The notes beneath the pieces are model-generated. The model was not told where the DNA came from, ran no database searches, and worked only from the letters and a program-made list of their open reading frames with translations. A program made the translations under genes and the position numbers. This document shows, piece by piece, positions 44,802-54,212 of a stretch of 64,000 bases of DNA; position 1 is the stretch's first letter, and the number at the start of each line of letters is the position of its first letter. Source of the stretch: Mantamonas sphyraenae STR306 (Eukaryota; Protista; CRuMs); contig JAPMXV010000026.1 of assembly GCA_026936335.1 (NCBI GenBank), positions 206,272 through 270,271 of the forward strand, in the 5' to 3' direction.

Positions 44802-47444
44802 ATGCTGCAGGTTGGAACCCGGAGGAAGAACAGGCGAGGCTCGTCTTCGTCGGCACTGTCGGACATTGCTCGCATGCAGACAGGGTCGCCGCCGTCGCCA
44901 ATGCAGGGACGGATGCGACGACGGCGATCGTCGACGTCGTCGCGATCGGGACTGGCAGCTTCGCCTGCTGGGCCGCAGCTACGTGTGCCCAGCCACGTGA
45001 CGGAGGTGACGGTGAGCAGCCCACTGGCAGAGACGAGCCACACGGAAAAGGTCGAGTCGTATTTGGAGCATTATGCCATGACGCCGCTGATTGAGATCCA
45101 GGAGCAGGCGCAGGAGGAAGACGTGGAGAAGGGTGGAGACGACGATCTTCCGCTGGACATCGATGCGCTGCTGGCAGAGCACGAGCTCACGCGGCTGAGC
45201 CTGGGCAGTGACAAAAAGGTGAAGAGCAAAAAGACAAAGGGAAAGGGAAAGGTGAAGAAGAGCAAGGGCAAAAGCAAACGGACGACGGCGAGGTCGACGT
45301 CGCAGCTGACGGCGGCGAAGCTGAAGCAGCTGGACGAGATGAGCGGCCTGAAGCGCAAGCTGAAGAGCAGCAGCAAGTCACGTGGGGTAAGCAAAGGAAG
45401 CGGGTCTCCGAGCCCTGTGTCGACGCCGGCGCAGTCTGTGGTGAGCAGCGTGTCGCAGCGAACGGGCCGGACAACACGCAGCAAACGAAGCAGCAGCAGC
45501 AACAACAGCAGGAAGAAACGACACGCAGACACGCCCATGGCTACGTTGGATATGTTGACAGCACGAGGTAGTCCGTTTGAGATGGAGAACCCTCGGCAGC
45601 GGTTGGTGTTTACACCGACGTTGCAAACGCGACGCAAACGAGCGTCGAGCAGTGCATCGGTGAGCTCGGGCAGCTCACGGCGGTCCAAGGGCAAAGTTAA
45701 GCGCATTGTCAGGGACGAGGCCGACTCGCGTGCACTGTCTCTGCGATCAAAGCTGAACACGTCGAGTCTGCGTGGGGTGCAAAAGCACACACCGTCGGGG
45801 GTGGGGCTGCCAGCCGAGACGGGGTCGGGGTACGCAGAGTCTGTGGCCAGCAGCCACGTGTCGACGTCGACTATGCGGACGTCGACGACGACGGCCAGCG
45901 GGAGGATACGAAAGGAGCGTACGCTGGAAGGGGACATCCAGCAGCTTGTGGGCTGGACGCTGGATCTGCTGGCCGGCGCAGAGGAACATCACGTGGCCAT
46001 GCTGCAGAGCTATTTGAGACCATTGCACCTATATGCCATTGCAGACGCAGAGACTCTGGACAACTACGACGCGTTCATGCACAGTCTGTACGCGCGTTTC
46101 AACACGACGTCTGCGTCTGACATGGCCCTGTACAAACACCGCTCGCTGTTGGATTTGCCTGATGCGGTGATCCATCGAATCTTGCAATTCCTGGACACGC
46201 GAGATGTGATGCGGTTTGGGATGACGAGCCACGGTGCGTTTCGCCACGCCGCTCACAAGGAGCTGTGGCGATCGCTGCACTTTGCAGGGACGCAGATGCA
46301 CCCGGGCAATGTCAAGGTGCTTGTGCCCAAGCTGGTCCACGTGGTGTCACTTTCCATTGTGGGAGAGGCGCTGCAGGGAGATCTTGCGGCGACGCGGGAG
46401 GCGGACGACTGGTGGCAGCGGCTGGGCTCGAACGACGGCGAGCTGATCGATTCGCTGTTGCGGTATGGCAGCAAAGACAGTGGTGAAGAGAAGCAGGTGC
46501 AATTTGATCACGCGTGCCTGCTGATGGTGGCCAACTACTGCCGCGATCTGGAGCAATTCCGGTGCAGCCACTGTGTGCTGAGTCACGAGTCGCTCGTGGC
46601 GCTTGCCTCGCGAGCAACACTGACCACACTGCATCTCACGGGTGTGGATGGCCTCCAGGACGAACAGACACTGGTGGCGCTTGGGGAGCAATTGGGGAGG
46701 ACGCTTGTTGATTTGCGGCTGCAGGAGCAGAAGCTGGACGGGCGCGGCCTGGGGCTGCTGCTGACGCGTTGCGGCCCAAATCTGCACACATTGTCGCTGC
46801 GCGACTCGCACATCGACAGCTGGAATGACTTTGGGGTTGTGCTGCACACGTGTGCCACAGACAAGCTGCAGCGACTGAATGTGTCGCGGTGCAACGTGTC
46901 GATGGGCGACGACGAGCTGTTGCAGCTGCTTGATGCAGCGACTGGGCTTTGCCATCTGCATCTGGCCAACCAGCACATGGTGAGTCTGTTTGCACTGAAC
47001 GAGGCGCTGAAGCAGCACGGGACACGGCTGCGCACACTGGTCGTGGACGGGTGCGACGGTCTGTGCAGTGATCTCGGGGCAAAGGTGGTCGCTCGTCGCA
47101 TGCACAAACACGTCCAACACCTGGGGTTCCACGGAGGCACGCTGACAGACCATGGTCTGGGTCTGTTGGCCAAGGCGTGTCCATCGCTGCACACAGTGCA
47201 TCTGGGGTTCAATGGGTTTTCGTCGGCGGCGCTGGCGGAGGCGATGGCAGCGTGGCCCAGTCTCACGCGGCTGTCACTTTGCAAGACGGAACACGTGGGC
47301 GTCAATGGGACGGATTTGGTGGCAGCAGTGGCGGTGCACCCGTCGCTGCGCCAGTTGGACGTGAGCGAGTGTGAGTATGTGACGCAAGCGGACATCGACC
47401 AGATCGAAGCCGCAGGCGCGGTGCAATGCAAAGCTTTCCGTTGA
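44802..47444 (+). CDS. F-box/leucine-rich repeat protein
   Basis: F-box LLDLPDAVIHRILQFLDTRDV...LWRSL followed by LRRs (CPSLHTVHLG, LRQLDVSECEYVT) and preceded by a long basic Ser-rich N-terminus. The start codon is inferred. Confidence 0.85.
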   Translation: MLQVGTRRKNRRGSSSSALSDIARMQTGSPPSPMQGRMRRRRSSTSSRSGLAASPAGPQLRVPSHVTEVTVSSPLAETSHTEKVESYLEHYAMTPLIEIQEQAQEEDVEKGGDDDLPLDIDALLAEHELTRLSLGSDKKVKSKKTKGKGKVKKSKGKSKRTTARSTSQLTAAKLKQLDEMSGLKRKLKSSSKSRGVSKGSGSPSPVSTPAQSVVSSVSQRTGRTTRSKRSSSSNNSRKKRHADTPMATLDMLTARGSPFEMENPRQRLVFTPTLQTRRKRASSSASVSSGSSRRSKGKVKRIVRDEADSRALSLRSKLNTSSLRGVQKHTPSGVGLPAETGSGYAESVASSHVSTSTMRTSTTTASGRIRKERTLEGDIQQLVGWTLDLLAGAEEHHVAMLQSYLRPLHLYAIADAETLDNYDAFMHSLYARFNTTSASDMALYKHRSLLDLPDAVIHRILQFLDTRDVMRFGMTSHGAFRHAAHKELWRSLHFAGTQMHPGNVKVLVPKLVHVVSLSIVGEALQGDLAATREADDWWQRLGSNDGELIDSLLRYGSKDSGEEKQVQFDHACLLMVANYCRDLEQFRCSHCVLSHESLVALASRATLTTLHLTGVDGLQDEQTLVALGEQLGRTLVDLRLQEQKLDGRGLGLLLTRCGPNLHTLSLRDSHIDSWNDFGVVLHTCATDKLQRLNVSRCNVSMGDDELLQLLDAATGLCHLHLANQHMVSLFALNEALKQHGTRLRTLVVDGCDGLCSDLGAKVVARRMHKHVQHLGFHGGTLTDHGLGLLAKACPSLHTVHLGFNGFSSAALAEAMAAWPSLTRLSLCKTEHVGVNGTDLVAAVAVHPSLRQLDVSECEYVTQADIDQIEAAGAVQCKAFR

Positions 47445-47454
47445 CCGTTGACGA

Positions 47455-49045
47455 ATGTCGTTGGACTCGCCATTGCTGTCGCCCACTCAGGATGGGTTTG
47501 ACCAGGATATCCACGCAGAGGCAGAGGAGGCGCCGAGGTCCACGCCGAGCAGACGCCGACGCAAACCGGCAGCAGCACAGTCACATAGGCCTGGGCAGCA
47601 CAAGGACACGACAGCCGCAGTGAATCCAGAATACATTCAACGCCTGGTGTCTGTGTCGTCTGTGGTATGGTGCGTTGGGTGCGAGTAGCGCGTGGGAAAG
47701 CGGGGAGTGGGAGGGCTGGTTGCAAACGCACGTCGGTGGTGTGGCAGCGACGCAGGAGGCAAGGTGGCCAAGGAAGGCGGACTGACTCTAGTGGGAACAC
47801 GCGTGTGTGTGTGTGTATGTGTGCATGCGTGCTTCAATGGCCTGTAGGACGGTGCTGGCAGCTGCAAACGCCTCGGTGTTTGTCTTTTTCTGCCCCAGCA
47901 ATCTGTTCTGGCACCACATGAACATGACATACTTTCTGCTGAATATCATGGGAGCCTTGATTACGTCTGTGTGCACGGCGTTTCTACAGATTAAGTACCA
48001 GTACGTGCAGACGTACCTGATGTACAGCGCCATCAAGGGCGGGTTCTGCTCTGTGTTTACCACGTTTGGCAATGTGATCGAGGACACAGACCGGCTGCTG
48101 TACTACGATCCGTGGTTTTCGCTGCTCAACCTGCTCGGCAACCTGCTGTTTGCGTTTGTGACGTACCAGATTGGCCGACTTCTGGCTCTAAAGTGGAAGA
48201 CGGGCACCAACTTTTCGTTTGCGTTGATGAAGATGGAGGTGGAGGAGCGGCGCATGGCATACGAGCTGGACAGACAGCTGACGGCAGCGGCAGGGGCGGA
48301 CGACGACGGGTTTGCGTACGAGGGCGGCGGCGGCGGGTCGCAACGGCGGGGCTGGGTAGGGAGGATGTTTGGGCGGCGGCAGAGGCAGCGCGAAGACCAA
48401 CAGCCACTTGTGATTTCGGTGTCGCTGGGCAAGTCGAATGTGCAGGAGCTGGACAAGCACGTGCAGTACCAAAAGAGCAAAGCTGAGCGGCACGCGTCAC
48501 CGCTGCCCACGCGTCGGCATCTGCTGATCCTGTCTGTGATGACGGTGATCCCCATTGCGGCGTGGATCTTTGTACGCTTTGCGCCGGCATCGTTCATCCC
48601 GGTTGGGTACACGCCGGACGACTACTTTTTCGAGTTTACAGTGTCCATGTTTTGGAACGTGAGCGGGGCGCTGACGGGGGGTTACCTGGGCAACAACGAG
48701 AGCAAGACGGAGGTGCAGTGGGGCACGTTCCGCGTCAACATGATCTCGTGTGTGCTCATTGCGCTGGCGCACAACGTGTTGATGTTCCGCCAGTACTTTC
48801 CGTACGGCACGGACGCAGACGGGACGATCAACCTGCGCTTTCTGCTGGTGGTGTCCCACTTTATCACCGACTTTTGCGGGAGCGAGAGCTCGTTTGCAGG
48901 CCTGATCGACGAGACGACGTCGCTGTACAACATGGACATTCCCAAGAAGATGGCCGCACGCAACCTGTTCTACACACTATTTGTGTGCCTGGCTGCGTTT
49001 CTGGCGGTGGTGTATGCCGTGCGCTTGGTGGTGTTTCTTCATTGA
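47455..49045 (+). CDS. Two-domain Fluc/FEX (CrcB)-family membrane protein (exons 47455-47678, 47848-49045)
   Basis: YFLLNIMG...GGFCSVFTTF...E and GTFRVNMISC...DFCGSESSF...E are duplicated Fluc motifs with multiple TM segments. Intron 47679-47847 (GTGCGA...actgac...TAG) preserves frame. Confidence 0.75.
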
Positions 49046-49050
49046 GGGCA

Positions 49051-50002
49051 TCACGCGACGGTGAGGTCGTCGTCAAAGTAAAGGTGGATGGCAGGAATGT
49101 AGGCTTCGTCGTCCATGCCAAGCTCAAACAGCTCTTGGGATTCGTCCACGAGGCCGTTCTCATCGAGGGTAAAGTCATGCGAGAGCGGTTCACCCAGCCT
49201 GGTCCAGGTGTAGCTCTCTGCGTGCGCGTTGATGTCGAGGTAGCGGTCGCGAATTTCGCCGAGGGTTTCCTCGGCACACACCTCCAGAATGTCTTCGCTC
49301 TTGGTCAACATGTTGACAATCTTGATTTTGCGTGTCTTTGTGCTAACCTTGCCGATGCGGTAGGTGGAGTCCTGCCACCAGGGGGTCTCAAAGTCGCGTT
49401 CCCAGCTCGTGGACGGGAACGGCGGTGGAATGTGCAGAAAGGTGCCCTGGGGCGTGTAGTAGACACGCAGGTTTGACTTTGGGTCGATGTGTGTTTTGAT
49501 CTGTGGGCGGGAGGGAGGTGAGGGTGGGTGAGGGTGGGTGTCGGTGGGGGAAGAGGGGGGGGTGGGTTGAAGGTGCAACGGTTAGAATCGAAAAGCAGAG
49601 TGGAAAAGGGGCGGCAGAGGACGAGCAAGGGGTGGAATGGATACGTGGGCGATGCCATGCTGTACGTACATCCTGTGTCTTTTCATCGAACCAGTGGGAA
49701 ATGTCGTTGCCGGCTTCCTTGATGAGCGGGGCGACGAGGTAGGCGTCCTTGTGGTCCTGGTACTGGGCGACGAGGGAGGTCAGGTCGTAGACATGACCCA
49801 GCCAGCTGAGCCAGAGAGAATCTGTGGTGCAGTGCTCAGCGACTTCGGATGGGGCGTAGAAGCGTCGATGAGGGCCTTGGGAGCTGGAGTTTGAGCTGGA
49901 GGCGTACATCTTGCGCAGGCGTTCGCGTTCAGCGAGCTCGCTATCCTCGTAGCCCCCTCCCTCGCGGGGGGAACTAGGCGGAGAGCGCTTGGGCTTGTAC
50001 AT
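49051..50002 (-). CDS. CYB5D1: Cytochrome b5 domain-containing protein 1 (flagellar) (exons 50002-49670, 49500-49051)
   Basis: EVAEHCT...WLSWLGHVYDLT...AGNDISHWFD, TPQGTFLHIPP, PWW, LEVCAEETL..IRDRYL..NAHAESYTW, LYFDDDLT. Intron 49669-49501 is GTACGT...CAG. Confidence 0.88.
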
Positions 50003-50070
50003 GGAGGATGTTGGTTGGAGCGGGTCGTTGGGCGGGCGGGCGCGCGGAGGTGGGGCCAGGGAAAGCGAGA

Positions 50071-50460
50071 ATGGAGCACATGCGGCAGGAGCGTGGTGTG
50101 CGTGGCTATATGGCGCCGTTGGACATTTGTGTGAGCATTGGAGAGTCGCACAGGCGGGAATGTGGTGTGGTGCACTCGTTTTCGCCGTGTTGCGGGGTCG
50201 GGGCGGTGGTGGCCATGCTGGTGGGCGCCGTGCTTGCGTTTGTGTACAGAGAGGATGGGACGGCGGTATGGTTTGGCCTGCTGTCTGGAGTTTCGGTGAC
50301 GGTGGCCGTGTGTGCGGTGTGTGGGCACTTTGTGTCGAGCATAGTGCTGAGCAGCTCGTTGGCCAAGGCGCAGCGTGGCTGGAGAGCTGGCCTGGGTCTG
50401 GAGGGGGATGAGAATGAGAGTGCAGAGAGTGCAGATGTCGAGACCGAGGGTCGCGTTTGA
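50071..50460 (+). CDS. Hypothetical small protein with two predicted TM helices
   Basis: A 129-codon ORF fills the gap between CYB5D1 and PARG. It has two hydrophobic segments (VGAVVAMLVGAVLAFVY, VWFGLLSGVSVTVAVCAVC) and an acidic tail. No family recognised. Confidence 0.45.
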   Translation: MEHMRQERGVRGYMAPLDICVSIGESHRRECGVVHSFSPCCGVGAVVAMLVGAVLAFVYREDGTAVWFGLLSGVSVTVAVCAVCGHFVSSIVLSSSLAKAQRGWRAGLGLEGDENESAESADVETEGRV

Positions 50461-50469
50461 ATGGGTGGT

Positions 50470-52476
50470 TCATTCGAGGTCGCCGTCCATTTGGGCTTCT
50501 TTGATTTCTTCGAGGACAAACTCGCAGAGGTCCTCGGCGTAGCCAAACTGGCGCATCTGTGAGCGGCGCAGTTTGTTGTAGGCGAGGAGCCAGCGGAAGA
50601 GGCATGTGGTGTCGACCGGGTGTGTGGCAAGGGTGTCGATACACTCCTGGAGGGCGGCGGCGAGTTCTGCGTCTTCAAAGGTAAAGAAGACCATGTCGCG
50701 GCCGACATGGGAGGCGGCGAGCCATTGGATGAAGAATTTTGCGTGGTGGTCGCCATCAAAGGCGCCGCAGCCCCAGCGGCCTGTGGCAAGAGGCTGGAGG
50801 CCCGAGTCGGAGTGTGCGTCGGCCACGGTGTCCTCGGTGACCATGAAGCCGCAGAAGGCCTTGTTGAGCTCGCGCTCAAGGTGCTCGCGCTGGTACTGCT
50901 CTTCGGCGTTGCGGAAGCGGGAGTAGTCGAGGGCGTCGATGACGGTGATTTCGTTGGGACGGCGACCGTCCTGGGCCACGGCAACGGGGTCCTTGCAGTC
51001 GCCGTCAAAGACAAAGGAGCTTGCGTAGCCCGAGCCCCGGTTGAAACGCTCTGCGCCGACGATGCACATGGCCTCGTGGTCGTCGAAAACGTGTGTAAAG
51101 AGGCGGCTGACGATGAGTTCTGGGCAGAGGAGGAACATGATCTCCTCTTGGACGGCGCCACGACCAAGGACGCCGCCGCCAATCCACTTGTTGGCAAAGT
51201 CAGCCTTGAGGTGACCGTGAGCGTCGTCGATGGAGCCGGAGGTTTTCAAGGAGCAGGGTGTGAGGGCGGCCTTGTCGGTTTCCCAGTCCACCGGGTCAAG
51301 AAGGACCCTTCGCTCAAAGGAGAGCAAGCCTGCGTGGTCGTGTGCGCTATCGACACACATGCGACGGAAGTAGTTGAGAATGCAGCGGAACTTTGCGGCC
51401 TGGGTGTCTGTGCAGGCGCGCGCGTAGCGGTCTTGCGGGAGAAAGAGGGAGTGGAAGTTGATGCCAGGGAGGAGGGTGGAGGCAGAGGATCGACGCTGGG
51501 GCTGGAGGGTGCCGAACCAGGCGTTTGCAAGGAGGGTGACAATCTGTTCTTGGGAGAGGCGAAGACGTGCGGGAAGGTCTTGCTTGAGGAGCGGGATGGG
51601 CTGGGCGCAGAGGTGGGGCAGTTTGAGAGCAGTGCGTTGGAGAAATGGAAGGATGTCCTCGAAGAAGAGGTCTGCGTCGTCTTGGGAGGCGTGGCGTGTG
51701 AGAAAGTGGACAAGGCCTGCGGCGTCGTCGCGGCTGTACATGGGTTGGCCGTTGTGGTGGGCGAGTGTGGCGATGACGTCGACAAGGTGATCGACGTCTG
51801 GGATGGGCTCAGAGAGGAGTTCGTGGACAAGGGTCCACCAGGAGTCGTGCTCGGGGTGGTCGATGCGCCACTGGGGTGAGCACGGGAGGCGGACGTGGTC
51901 GTCGTCCCATGCATCGGTGTATCCTGACGGTAAGAGGGCCTCGAGGTCTTTGAGGCTGGCGTGTTTGACGCGCATGGCCATGGTTCCGCTGGAAAAGGTG
52001 AGCGAAGCCTGGAGGTGACGTTTTGACGGGGAGGAGGTTGTGGTAGAGGAGGAGGAGGAGGTGGTGGTGGTGGAAGGGGACCGGGACGGGGAGGATTGGG
52101 ATGAGGTGGTGTGGCGGTACTTGCTGCGGTGGGAGGCGTCTTTGCGGTAGCAGTTGGGGTCGTGTTTGCAGAGGGGCCGGGACTGAGGGTCGTCGAGATC
52201 CATTCCCGGGAAGTTTGGGTCTGATTCGAGCCAGTAGTGGCGGAATTGGGTGCGGTGGGAGTCGCTTGTTTGGTAGCAGCCTGGGTGGAAATGGCAGAGG
52301 GGGAGGTGAGAGGAGGAGGAGGAGGAGGTGGTGGTGGTTTGTGGGTTGGACAGGCGGCTGAACATTTGGTCGATGGTCATTTGGGATGAGGGAGAGGAAG
52401 AGGAGGAGGAGGAGGAAGAGGAGGAGGAGGAGGAGGAGGAGAGGTAGGGGTTTTGTTTGCGGCGACGTTGGGACAT
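50470..52476 (-). CDS. PARG: Poly(ADP-ribose) glycohydrolase with two N-terminal PBZ zinc fingers
   Basis: Catalytic signature DFANKWIGGGVLGRGAVQEEI, ELNKAFCGF, ATGRWGCGAF. PBZ motifs CHFHPGCYQTSDSHRTQFRH and CKHDPNCYRKDASHRSKYRH. Confidence 0.92.
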   Translation of the reverse strand: MSQRRRKQNPYLSSSSSSSSSSSSSSSSPSSQMTIDQMFSRLSNPQTTTTSSSSSSHLPLCHFHPGCYQTSDSHRTQFRHYWLESDPNFPGMDLDDPQSRPLCKHDPNCYRKDASHRSKYRHTTSSQSSPSRSPSTTTTSSSSSTTTSSPSKRHLQASLTFSSGTMAMRVKHASLKDLEALLPSGYTDAWDDDHVRLPCSPQWRIDHPEHDSWWTLVHELLSEPIPDVDHLVDVIATLAHHNGQPMYSRDDAAGLVHFLTRHASQDDADLFFEDILPFLQRTALKLPHLCAQPIPLLKQDLPARLRLSQEQIVTLLANAWFGTLQPQRRSSASTLLPGINFHSLFLPQDRYARACTDTQAAKFRCILNYFRRMCVDSAHDHAGLLSFERRVLLDPVDWETDKAALTPCSLKTSGSIDDAHGHLKADFANKWIGGGVLGRGAVQEEIMFLLCPELIVSRLFTHVFDDHEAMCIVGAERFNRGSGYASSFVFDGDCKDPVAVAQDGRRPNEITVIDALDYSRFRNAEEQYQREHLERELNKAFCGFMVTEDTVADAHSDSGLQPLATGRWGCGAFDGDHHAKFFIQWLAASHVGRDMVFFTFEDAELAAALQECIDTLATHPVDTTCLFRWLLAYNKLRRSQMRQFGYAEDLCEFVLEEIKEAQMDGDLE

Positions 52477-52535
52477 GGCGAGAGAACGGGGGCGAGGGAA
52501 CGTGTGGTTGGGAAAGGTGGGGCAAGCTGGGCACG

Positions 52536-53561
52536 TCAGGCGTCCTGGACGTTTTCACCTGCGTAGCCGCGGTAGTACGAGGCCACATTGTCCTTGACAA
52601 CGTCCCAGGAGGCGTCAAAGGCAGCAAGGACGGCGTCGTCGAGAGGGTCCGTGTTTGTGAGGCAGGCGAGGTTCTGGTCGAGGTGCTCCTGCTTGGATGC
52701 ACCGAGGACGATGCCGTCGCCCTTGGAGGCGTCGAGCAAGGAGTGGTTGGAGAGCCAGCGGAAGGCTGCATCGACCATGGTGATGTTGGAGGCGTCGCAG
52801 GCAGTGGCGACGTCTGCGAGCGAGTCAAAGAGCTCCTTCTTCCAGAAGCGGTCACGGTACATGGATGCGTTCTTGGAGTTGTTGAAGCGGGTGCCCTGCT
52901 CAGGCTCGGCGTCGTAGGTGTGCTTGCCGCTGAGGACGCCGCCGGCGATGGGGTTGTAAACGTAGAGGGCGATGTCGAGCTCGCGGAGGGTGGGGATGAG
53001 CTCGGCCTCAATCTCGCGCGTGACGGCGTTGTACATGGCCTGGTAGACGGTGGGTACAATGGCACCCTGCTTTTCGGCCTGGATGGCATGGATTTTGCGG
53101 ACGTCGCTGGCGTGGTAGTTGCTCAGGCCGAAGCGGGAAAACACACCCTGGGTGTAGAGCTCGTCGATGGCCTCGAGGGTCTCTGTGATGAGGACGTTTT
53201 GGTCGGGGGCGTGGAGGTAGAGGGTGTCGACTGAGTCGGTCTGGAGAGAGGCAAGCGAGACCTTGGCCTGCTTGAGGACGTTTTCCTTTGCCAGGCCGCC
53301 GTCGTACCAGGGGTTGACTTTGATGGCAACGGCGGTCTGTGCACGACGCTGACCATCGTCTGCAGAGAGCATGTCGCCGAGGAGCTCCTCGGTGTGGCCG
53401 CCGCAGTAGAGGAGGGCGGTGTCGAGTTCGGGCGTGCCCTCGCGGTTGTTCTCTGCGTGCCAGGCGACAAAGGCATCGACCATCTTTGTGGCCGGGGCGA
53501 GAAGGACCTGGTCGCCCATGGTCATGGTGCCAAGAATTGCTTTGACGGGGGTGGTGGACAT
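52536..53561 (-). CDS. Aldo-keto reductase, AKR7 (aflatoxin aldehyde reductase)-like
   Basis: ILGTMTMG, LDTALLY, YLHAPD, FGLSNY, PTVYQAMYNAVTR.IE.EL.P.LR, YNPIAGG, YRDRFWK, GDGIVLGAS. Confidence 0.9.
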   Translation of the reverse strand: MSTTPVKAILGTMTMGDQVLLAPATKMVDAFVAWHAENNREGTPELDTALLYCGGHTEELLGDMLSADDGQRRAQTAVAIKVNPWYDGGLAKENVLKQAKVSLASLQTDSVDTLYLHAPDQNVLITETLEAIDELYTQGVFSRFGLSNYHASDVRKIHAIQAEKQGAIVPTVYQAMYNAVTREIEAELIPTLRELDIALYVYNPIAGGVLSGKHTYDAEPEQGTRFNNSKNASMYRDRFWKKELFDSLADVATACDASNITMVDAAFRWLSNHSLLDASKGDGIVLGASKQEHLDQNLACLTNTDPLDDAVLAAFDASWDVVKDNVASYYRGYAGENVQDA

Positions 53562-53633
53562 GGTTGTACTGTAGGGAGTTTTGGTGGGTGGAAGAGGGTG
53601 AAGGGGGGGGGGGGGGACGTTGTGTGTGTGGGT

Positions 53634-54161
53634 TTACTTTGGTGTCTTCGAGTTTGGAGAGTGGGAAGAGCGGTAAAAGTCGCGTGCAGCTTGGGAGCCG
53701 GAAGGGATGCGTGCGGAGGGGCGGCGGAAGGAGAAGATGCCGGCGGCAGCGATGAGGAGGAGGGGGAAGCCGTAGAGGAGGGCAGTTTGTACATCGAGGG
53801 GTGGTGAGTAGAGGACGTGTTCGCCGTAGTTGGAGACGAGGTGCTCCATGACTTGGTCGTCGCTGTCGCCGCCGTGGATGCGTTGGAGGACGATCTTGCG
53901 GAGCTTGATGGCAATCTCGCTGTTGCTGTCCTCTATACTCTGGTTGGCACAGGTGAGGCAGCGGATGTTGAGGCCGAGGGCACGTGCACGTGCGCGTGCG
54001 TCTTCTGGGGAGAGCGTGGAGCGGGAGGAGGAGGAGGAGGAGGAGGAGGAGGAGGAGGAGGAGGAGGGCTCAGCAGCATGGACGCGGAGAGGGGCGTAAA
54101 GGGGAGAGAGAGGGGAGGGGAGGAGGGTGCAGAGGGCTAGGCCGCAGAGAGGGCGGGACAT
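53634..54161 (-). CDS. CCMH: Cytochrome c maturation protein CcmH (CycL/Ccl2 family)
   Basis: IRCLTCANQSIEDSNSEIA..LR..V...I..G.SD......YGEHVLY.PP followed by a TM helix matches the RCxxC CcmH pattern. The N-terminal extension includes a poly-Ser tract. Confidence 0.88.
   Translation of the reverse strand: MSRPLCGLALCTLLPSPLSPLYAPLRVHAAEPSSSSSSSSSSSSSSRSTLSPEDARARARALGLNIRCLTCANQSIEDSNSEIAIKLRKIVLQRIHGGDSDDQVMEHLVSNYGEHVLYSPPLDVQTALLYGFPLLLIAAAGIFSFRRPSARIPSGSQAARDFYRSSHSPNSKTPK
54025..54066. repeat. (GAG)14 microsatellite encoding poly-Ser on the minus strand
   Basis: Directly visible. Similar GAG/GAA tracts lie at ~7255-7318, ~52395-52445 and ~59820-59850. Confidence 0.95.
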
Positions 54162-54212
54162 GGTGGGGATTGGAAGGGCGGGCGCGCGTGGAGGCAAAAC
54201 GAAGCAAGCGCC

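Noticed and set aside
44785-47457. Stop-codon readthrough or selenocysteine fusing the Kelch, F-box and FEX genes
   Set aside because: The downstream ORFs are in different frames (gaps of 14 and 10 nt).
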